Shown piece after piece: positions 40,222 through 46,384 of a DNA stretch of 46,384 nucleotides. Position 1 is the first letter of the stretch. Each line of letters begins with the position of its first letter. The DNA comes from a bacterium. GTDB taxonomy: Bacteria; Patescibacteriota; Dojkabacteria; JAKAPS01; JAJZLI01. The translations under genes were made by a program, and so were the position numbers. The stretch lies in NCBI GenBank assembly GCA_021791275.1, contig JAJYWX010000034.1:1-46384 (forward strand), written 5' to 3'. The notes under the pieces are model-generated. The model made no database searches. It was given only the letters and a program-made list of their open reading frames with translations, and had not been told where the DNA came from.

Positions 40222-40247
40222 TATATAAGTATATATATACTTATATA
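40222..40247. promoter_or_regulatory. Perfect 26-bp palindrome overlapping the kinase -10 element
   Basis: TATATAAGTATAT|ATATACTTATATA; contains minus-strand TATACT 7 nt before the kinase ATG. Confidence 0.45.
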
Positions 40248-40420
40248 TTAAATCAATTAATAAAATATTATATACATATGGATTTTAATATATAAATCTT
40301 TTGTAAATTTATTTATTAAGAGTTATTAAATAATTATAGGGTATCCCATTCTATCTTTGTTAATGTTATATTAGTTATTACTATTTTTATTATGATATTT
40401 AGATTTAGTAATCAAACTTT

Positions 40421-41260
40421 CTAATTATTTTTTTCCTCTCTCATATTTCTTAGAAAGTATTTAACTATCTCTTTTGGTCCCAATGATAATAAATATAATA
40501 ATCTCTCTATTGTAAAGGAACTTATAATTCTATATGTACCATTTTTAAATAGTATTTGTGCATCCATGTTTTTCACTATATTATATGTTAATGATTCTGT
40601 CGATGTCCAAAAAATAGCAATATCTGGGAGCTTGCCTACATCTAATTCTTTTATAAAATGTCTGAACAATTCTTGTAATTTACTTAATCCTCTTTCATTA
40701 TTTAATGATGCAATTTCTTTTATAAATAAAACGGGTCCTACCATATCAATTGCTAATTTTCTTAAGAATTCTTTTTTTAATTCAGGTTTATCTACATATT
40801 CTTCTTCGTGCTGCATCCATATATCATGAGCGTCATTTGTAAGGTGCCCAGATATAAATCCTGTTATTGAATTATTTTTTATTGAAACAAGAAAAATACC
40901 ATTTTTTTCTCTTAAATTTCTTATCTCATTACTGAATGATTCGAAAGTATGATATATTGATAACTCTCCACCACACTCACATCTTGTATCTTTATTCCTT
41001 TCAAAGATGCCTAATAAATCTTTTTCCCCTTTTTCTATTGGAGAATATATAGTATATGGATAATTTTTATTGCATTTTTTACACCTAACAAATTCATTCC
41101 ACCCGTTATTTTCACTAGAGTCTCCAAATGCCATTAAGTATGCATTATATGCATCTCTAATTAATTCTGGAGATGGATTCTTTACTATATCTATAAAATA
41201 GGTAGTAGAAGGATCCATCTCTTTCATATAGATAGGTTTTTCATTTACTGCTGTTTCCAT
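40421..41260 (-). CDS. GNAT-fold acyltransferase-like protein with Zn-finger insertion
   Basis: AY..AF...WNE then CKKC...CECGG insertion; ITGFISG strand; FIKEIAS.NNERGLS resembling GNAT motif A; FWT strand. Confidence 0.6.
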   Translation of the reverse strand: METAVNEKPIYMKEMDPSTTYFIDIVKNPSPELIRDAYNAYLMAFGDSSENNGWNEFVRCKKCNKNYPYTIYSPIEKGEKDLLGIFERNKDTRCECGGELSIYHTFESFSNEIRNLREKNGIFLVSIKNNSITGFISGHLTNDAHDIWMQHEEEYVDKPELKKEFLRKLAIDMVGPVLFIKEIASLNNERGLSKLQELFRHFIKELDVGKLPDIAIFWTSTESLTYNIVKNMDAQILFKNGTYRIISSFTIERLLYLLSLGPKEIVKYFLRNMREEKNN

Positions 41261-42351
41261 TATTTATTTTTGATATTTCTCAACCTAGAATGAACCTTTA
41301 ATATCTTTACAATACTTCTTCTCATATTATTATACACAGAGTTCCAAGATTTATCTGCACTAATCCATATTGTTTCCTGAGGATTATTTTCAGCTATAGA
41401 TATAATTATATGAGCGGATAAACCTGCTGTAATAAAAGATGCTACTAAGCTTTGAGGTATGTTATCAGAATCTATATATTTTTTATCTGCCATTCTTGCT
41501 AATCTTTCTGGCATTCTTATTGCTCCTTGTGGATATCTTAGAATAGTAGGTACTTTTCTAGAAGAGTGTACAATTATATCAAAGTCATTAGTATTATGAG
41601 GATCTTTTCTTACCATTTTACTTACTTGTTCATCTTTTATCTTTCCATTATATAATTTTCTTTTTTTGTTTTCTATGCGATAATCATACACTTCTATATG
41701 TACATCATGCCCCAAATCTAAAGGGTAAATAATAATTTTTCCTTGTCTATATGCTTCATGGTGTAATTTTTGTAATATTGTTAAGTCATCAAATGATGCT
41801 ATTATTATATCGTTATTAGTTACAATTTCTTCTATGTCAGCATCTTCTAGGTTTTTAGGATGAGCTTCTACCTGAACGTATGGATTTATTAATGCAAGTC
41901 TATTGGCCCTATCATTTGCTTTATTTTTCCCAATACTTCTTAAGTCAATAGCTTGTTTATCCATATTTTCAATACTATATTCATCACCATCATATAAATC
42001 TAATCTATGCACCCCTAGTCTTGCCATAGCAGATGATGTATAACTTCCAACTGAACCTAATCCAACAATTCCTATAGAATACTGTCTTATTCTCTCAATA
42101 GTATCTTTCTCTACACATGGAATCATATGAGAAGTAGTCTCTTCTAAATATGAGGTCATTCCTTCATTAGTATAATCTAGAGCTATTACTTGGCAATATT
42201 CATTATGATAGAACTCTACCTCTCCGGAATTTAAATCTATATCAAATGGATTTATTATTTCAGAATCATCTTTGGGCTTCTCTACTTTTCTTAAATACCT
42301 AGTAATTAAAGATTGCCCTATATGAGAATTTTTTTCATTTTCAGGTTTCAT
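41260..42351 (-). CDS. ThiF/MoeB/E1-like adenylyltransferase (no Zn motif; MoeY/OxzB-like)
   Basis: IVGLGSVGS, LYDGD.YS.ENMDKQ, GKNKA, INPY and DIIIASFDD motifs; C-terminal PQ..AS..AG; TAATG-coupled to the GNAT. Confidence 0.88.
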   Translation of the reverse strand: MKPENEKNSHIGQSLITRYLRKVEKPKDDSEIINPFDIDLNSGEVEFYHNEYCQVIALDYTNEGMTSYLEETTSHMIPCVEKDTIERIRQYSIGIVGLGSVGSYTSSAMARLGVHRLDLYDGDEYSIENMDKQAIDLRSIGKNKANDRANRLALINPYVQVEAHPKNLEDADIEEIVTNNDIIIASFDDLTILQKLHHEAYRQGKIIIYPLDLGHDVHIEVYDYRIENKKRKLYNGKIKDEQVSKMVRKDPHNTNDFDIIVHSSRKVPTILRYPQGAIRMPERLARMADKKYIDSDNIPQSLVASFITAGLSAHIIISIAENNPQETIWISADKSWNSVYNNMRRSIVKILKVHSRLRNIKNK

Positions 42352-42479
42352 AATAATTTAAACTAATATAACTTAATGAATTGTACAACATATTATCCCA
42401 GATGTAAATATTATAAGCTTTTGATAATTATTAAAATATAATATCTTCTCTTCATGAGTAGTTTTTAAAAAAGTCATTA

Positions 42480-42508
42480 TTGCAATACACTATGAGTTTT
42501 GATATAAT
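42480..42508 (+). promoter_or_regulatory. Sigma70 promoter for the VirD4-like/MmyB-like pair
   Basis: TTGCAA, 17 nt, (TGA)TATAAT. Confidence 0.55.
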
Positions 42509-42535
42509 CTCTCATATATAATTTAATCATATATA

Positions 42536-44782
42536 GTGGTTAGAATAAAAAAGAAAAGTATTATTGAAATTATCCAGGAGCCTGTGATCCTTAAAATTGC
42601 AGTTCCTAAGAATAATGAAAAGACTCCTTTAGCTGGAGAACAGCTATTCACTTCTATACATGGGATTTTAAATGATAGCAAAATTTCAAAGAATCATTTT
42701 AGTCTAGAGATAATATCTTCAGTACAGGGAATCTCATTTTGCGTTGTAATATCAAAGGAGTATAAAGACTTTATTAAAGGGCAGATATATGCACAATATC
42801 CTAGTGCTGAAATTATTGAAGAAAGTGATTATTGTTCATCATTTAATCAGTATAGATATTTTTATTCTACTGAAATTTCTTTTGGTAAAGATTATATATT
42901 TCCTATTAGGACTTTTCCAAATTTTGAAGTAGATCCTCTTTCATCTATAACTAGTGCTATGAGTTCTAAAATAGATAATAGTGATTTATCTTCCATTCAA
43001 ATACTTATTAGGCCAATTAATAATACCTGGCAAAGTAAAAGCAAAAGATATGTTGAAAGAGTAAAAAATTCAAGGAAATCAATGATATCAATCTTTGCTT
43101 CAAGTACAGATAAAAGTAAAGTTGAAAAAAATTTTTCAAGTTTAGAAGAGAATGAAATCTCTCAGATAGAAAATAAGGTATTAAAAGTAGGATATATCTT
43201 TTCTATTAGGGTTATATCTTTATCAAATACATTTGATAATCCTAAAATTAATGTATCAAATATGATAGCATCTTTTAAACAATTTACATCACCTCATCTT
43301 AATCACTTTGTAGAAATTAAAAATAGTAGTAAAGATAAGAATATTCTTAGTAAATTTCAATCTAGATATATGGGTAGTAAGGTGAAAAGTATAATTAATG
43401 TTGAAGAATTAGCTTCCCTATATCATTTACCAAATATATCAGTAGAAACACCATCTATTATATATTCAAAAGCAAAAAAATCAGAACCTCCATTAGATTT
43501 GCCAGTTGAGGGTGTTAATTTTATAGGGAAAACTAATTTTAGAGGCATGAATAAGAGGTTTGGTATCAAAAGGGAAGATAGAAGAAGACATATGTACATA
43601 TTAGGAAAAACTGGGACAGGAAAAAGTACAATGATGAAAAATATGATAATTCAAGACATACAAGCAGGTGAAGGTGTAGGTATTTTTGATCCTCATGGTG
43701 AACTCGCAGAAAGTATACTTGATTATATACCTTCTAATAGAGTTAATGACGTTGTTATTATTGATCCATCTGATATAGATAATCCAGTTTCAATCAATTT
43801 ATTAGATTTAAAAGATAAATCTTTAAAAGATTTAGTTGCAGATAATATTGTTTCTGTTTTTAAGAAACACTTTGATTCATGGGGACCTAGGTTAGAGTAT
43901 CTACTTCATAATTGCATACTTACATTAATTCAAGTTGATAATACTTCGATTTTGGGTATTCAGAGAATATTGATTGATAAAAAATATAGAGAATCTATTT
44001 TAAAACAGATAGATGATCCAATATTATTGCGATTTTGGAAAGAAGAATATGAAGGTATGGAGAAAAATCCAAGACTTACGGCAGAAGCAATAGCTCCAAT
44101 TCAAAATAAGGTGGGAAGATTCCTCTCTTCGTCTACAATAAGAAACTTAGTTGGTCAAGTGACTTCAACTATTGATTTAGAAGATATTATAAATTCAAAA
44201 AAAATATTGATAGTAAATTTATCACAAGGAAAGATAGGAGAAGAAAGTGCATCACTTTTAGGAGGTATGCTTATAACAAAGTTACAATCAGCTGCTATGC
44301 AAAGAGTCAGAATTGTTGATGAGACTCAAAGAGAAGATTTTTATCTTTATGTTGATGAATTTCAAATATTTGCAACTAATGCATTTTCAAAAATTTTGTC
44401 TGAATCAAGGAAATATAGATTAAATCTAGTATTAGCTCATCAATATATATCACAATTAGAAGAAAGTATCCAGAATGCAATTTTTGGAAATATTGGAACA
44501 ATAATATCTTTTGTAATTGGGCCACGAGATGCAGATGTACTTGAAAAAGAATTTACACCTTTATTTACCAATGAAGATCTAATATCATTAGATAAACATC
44601 ATTTTTATATAAGATTAATGATAGATGGAATGATTTCGAAACCATTTAGTGCTATATCTGAAGATATTCAATATGAAAAAACATTTAATAAAGAGAAGGT
44701 TATTAAAGTTTCAAGAGAAAGGTATTCTAGAAAAAAAGAAATAGTTGAAGATAAAATTAATAGATGGTCCAATAATAGTTAA
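42536..44782 (+). CDS. VirD4/TraG/HerA-like P-loop ATPase (type IV secretion DNA-binding domain protein)
   Basis: RRRHMYILGKTGTGKS Walker A, DPHGE, LYVDEFQ Walker B and SESRKYRL.LAHQY motifs. Confidence 0.9.
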   Translation: MVRIKKKSIIEIIQEPVILKIAVPKNNEKTPLAGEQLFTSIHGILNDSKISKNHFSLEIISSVQGISFCVVISKEYKDFIKGQIYAQYPSAEIIEESDYCSSFNQYRYFYSTEISFGKDYIFPIRTFPNFEVDPLSSITSAMSSKIDNSDLSSIQILIRPINNTWQSKSKRYVERVKNSRKSMISIFASSTDKSKVEKNFSSLEENEISQIENKVLKVGYIFSIRVISLSNTFDNPKINVSNMIASFKQFTSPHLNHFVEIKNSSKDKNILSKFQSRYMGSKVKSIINVEELASLYHLPNISVETPSIIYSKAKKSEPPLDLPVEGVNFIGKTNFRGMNKRFGIKREDRRRHMYILGKTGTGKSTMMKNMIIQDIQAGEGVGIFDPHGELAESILDYIPSNRVNDVVIIDPSDIDNPVSINLLDLKDKSLKDLVADNIVSVFKKHFDSWGPRLEYLLHNCILTLIQVDNTSILGIQRILIDKKYRESILKQIDDPILLRFWKEEYEGMEKNPRLTAEAIAPIQNKVGRFLSSSTIRNLVGQVTSTIDLEDIINSKKILIVNLSQGKIGEESASLLGGMLITKLQSAAMQRVRIVDETQREDFYLYVDEFQIFATNAFSKILSESRKYRLNLVLAHQYISQLEESIQNAIFGNIGTIISFVIGPRDADVLEKEFTPLFTNEDLISLDKHHFYIRLMIDGMISKPFSAISEDIQYEKTFNKEKVIKVSRERYSRKKEIVEDKINRWSNNS

Positions 44783-44787
44783 AATTT

Positions 44788-45597
44788 ATGAAGAATAACA
44801 TAGGAGAATACATAAAATCAAAAAGATTAACATATAATAATCAGGGGATTAGCCAGTTAGATCTCTCATTAAAAATTGGATGGGAAAATCCTTCAACTTT
44901 ATCAAGAATAGAGCAAGGGGATACTATTCCGAATAAAGATACTGTGATAAGAATATTAAAAGCTTTAGATATAAATGAATCTTTAATAATTTTTATACTT
45001 ATGAAAAATCTTTATCTGTATGATACTCCTATTAATAATAACTATATAAATAAGGTAATAAAAAATATAGGGAAGAGGCTTGAGTATTCTGAATATCCTA
45101 TATTTGTATCTTTTTTCCCGAGTAATATGATAGAAGAGAATTTATATATTAATGATTTATTATTTAAAATATTTATTGGTGAGAATTCTACAGGAAATAG
45201 TACGCAAAAATTTTTATTTAAAAAGGATGTAATTGAACTTCTATTTAATCCAGAATATGAATTTTATAATAGAGTTATTAATGGAGATGAATTTAGAAAG
45301 ATAATCGTCAATAATATGTATATAATTTTTAATGGAGAAAAAGATGAAGAAGGATACATTAATAGCTTGATGAAATTTAAAGATATGAAAAAATTTTGGA
45401 ATGAAAAAGTTTTATCGTCAAAGAATTTACAATTTTTTAATATACCTTTTATATATGATTCTCCATTAGTTGGAAAGATATCATTTTTTGTAGACAAAAT
45501 ACCTTTTATAGATGATAATAGGTTTTTCATACAAAAATTTATTCCACAGGGAAAAGAAGATTTCCTGAAATTAGAAAAAATAAAGAACATTCATTAA
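44788..45597 (+). CDS. XRE-HTH transcriptional regulator with MmyB-like ligand-binding domain
   Basis: SQLDLS..IG.....LSRIEQG..P HTH; C-terminal P.FV, ELLF.P, KFW, SPLVGKISF and FIP pattern of the MmyB/MltR ligand-binding domain. Confidence 0.8.
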   Translation: MKNNIGEYIKSKRLTYNNQGISQLDLSLKIGWENPSTLSRIEQGDTIPNKDTVIRILKALDINESLIIFILMKNLYLYDTPINNNYINKVIKNIGKRLEYSEYPIFVSFFPSNMIEENLYINDLLFKIFIGENSTGNSTQKFLFKKDVIELLFNPEYEFYNRVINGDEFRKIIVNNMYIIFNGEKDEEGYINSLMKFKDMKKFWNEKVLSSKNLQFFNIPFIYDSPLVGKISFFVDKIPFIDDNRFFIQKFIPQGKEDFLKLEKIKNIH

Positions 45598-45649
45598 ATA
45601 AGGTCTCCATATGACAATTTTTTTTATATATTATATACTTGTCTAGTAT

Positions 45650-46384
45650 ATGGATGATTCAATTTTTAAGGCATATGATATTAGGGGTATTTATCCTGAA
45701 TCTATAAATGAGAATATCGTTTCAAAAATAGGATATTTTTATGTAAAATTATTCGATTTAAAAAATATCTGTGTTGGAAAGGATATTAGAAGTTCTTCTC
45801 CATCTTTATTTAATACGTTTGTAAAAGGAGCTATTCTTGCTGGAGCTAAAATAACAGATATTGGAGTTATATCAACTGACATGATGTATTTTGCATCAGG
45901 CTTTTATGATTTTGATGGAGGAGCTCAAATAACTGCATCACATAATCCAAAAGAATATAATGGAATTAAATTAGTAAGACATGGAGAGCCTATTAGCAGT
46001 GATGATGGTATTTTTGATATACGAGATATAGTTAAAAAAAATATTGATATTAATCTAGATCTTCCAGAAAGCTTTAATATGGAATCTAAAAATATATTAA
46101 ATGATTATATAAAGCATGTTTTATCTTTCGTAGACTGTGATGAGATAAAGGATTTAAAAGTTGCAGTAGATGTAGGTAATGGAGTTGCCGGGTACATAGT
46201 AGAGGAAATTTTTAAATACTTAAAGTGCACCTTGGTTCCTTTATATTTTGATCCAGATGAAAATTTTCCTAATCATCCAGCTAATCCAATGGATGAGAAT
46301 AATGTAAAGGATTTGGAGAGAAAAATTATAGAATCTGGTGCTGATTTAGGGATAGCATTTGATGGAGATGCTGATAGGTGTGCA
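45650..46384 (+). CDS. Phosphomannomutase/phosphoglucomutase (truncated by the window end, absent from the ORF track)
   Basis: MDDSIFKAYDIRGIYP, GKDIR.SS, ITASHNPKEYNGIK (catalytic Ser), FPNHPANP and AFDGDADR motifs. Confidence 0.95.
   Translation, partial: MDDSIFKAYDIRGIYPESINENIVSKIGYFYVKLFDLKNICVGKDIRSSSPSLFNTFVKGAILAGAKITDIGVISTDMMYFASGFYDFDGGAQITASHNPKEYNGIKLVRHGEPISSDDGIFDIRDIVKKNIDINLDLPESFNMESKNILNDYIKHVLSFVDCDEIKDLKVAVDVGNGVAGYIVEEIFKYLKCTLVPLYFDPDENFPNHPANPMDENNVKDLERKIIESGADLGIAFDGDADRCA

Noticed and set aside
40326-40349. 7-codon minus-strand ORF MGYPIII as a microcin C-like precursor for the ThiF enzyme
   Set aside because: It lacks the C-terminal Asn and an RBS, the ThiF lacks the MccB Zn site, and such mini-ORFs are expected by chance.
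41260-42351. ThiF as part of a CBASS or ubiquitin-like anti-phage system
   Set aside because: No E2, JAB, ubiquitin-like or cyclase genes are adjacent.
42352-42535. Short minus-strand ORFs upstream of ThiF as RiPP precursors
   Set aside because: No precursor-like features; the region is better explained as a divergent promoter spacer.
42536-44782. Conjugative element or ICE
   Set aside because: No relaxase, integrase or other VirB genes are in the window; such ATPases are common chromosomal genes in CPR-like genomes.
571-45590. Numerous 60-180 aa ORFs antisense to or nested in recognised genes (e.g. 571-822, 8502-8948, 21823-22365, 24406-24828, 36191-36475, 45264-45590)
   Set aside because: They overlap well-supported genes and have the F/I/L/S-rich composition of shadow frames, with no recognisable motifs.
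1-46384. CRISPR arrays, tRNA/rRNA genes, transposases and alternative genetic code 25
   Set aside because: No spaced repeats, cloverleaf motifs or transposase ORFs were seen; TGA acts as stop and genes are intact under code 11.

Overview
A very AT-rich, gene-dense bacterial window read with standard code 11 (TGA is a stop; many ATGA start/stop overlaps). The gene set resembles Patescibacteria/CPR (inference): TM-anchored MurF with Ddl, a VirD4-like ATPase, a TM-LysM protein and a class II RNR. Housekeeping content includes ddl, murF, trhO, leuS, murB, a surface-glycan operon (2 GT4, 2 MGDG-synthase-like GT28, Wzx, O-antigen ligase), nrdJ-MazG-like-cobO, yidD, an NRAMP-like transporter, cvpA, htrA with an OmpR-family two-component system, argS and a partial phosphomannomutase. 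Two clusters stand out. (1) A ThiF/E1-like adenylase, a Zn-finger-inserted GNAT and an orphan multi-TM/GAF histidine kinase (37968-42351), with an MmyB-type regulator and an MMPL exporter nearby; this could be a small-molecule signal synthesis and sensing module. (2) An unannotated 52-aa LysW-like carrier ending EEEK rather than EDWGE, near two RimK/LysX ligases, a third ATP-grasp enzyme and a threonine-synthase-like PLP enzyme, all among peptidoglycan genes. Also present are cytochrome bd genes, a higher-GC MMPL gene next to tandem hairpins, and a recurring leaderless promoter layout. No tRNA, rRNA, CRISPR array or transposase was recognised. All family calls are from motif reading, not database searches.
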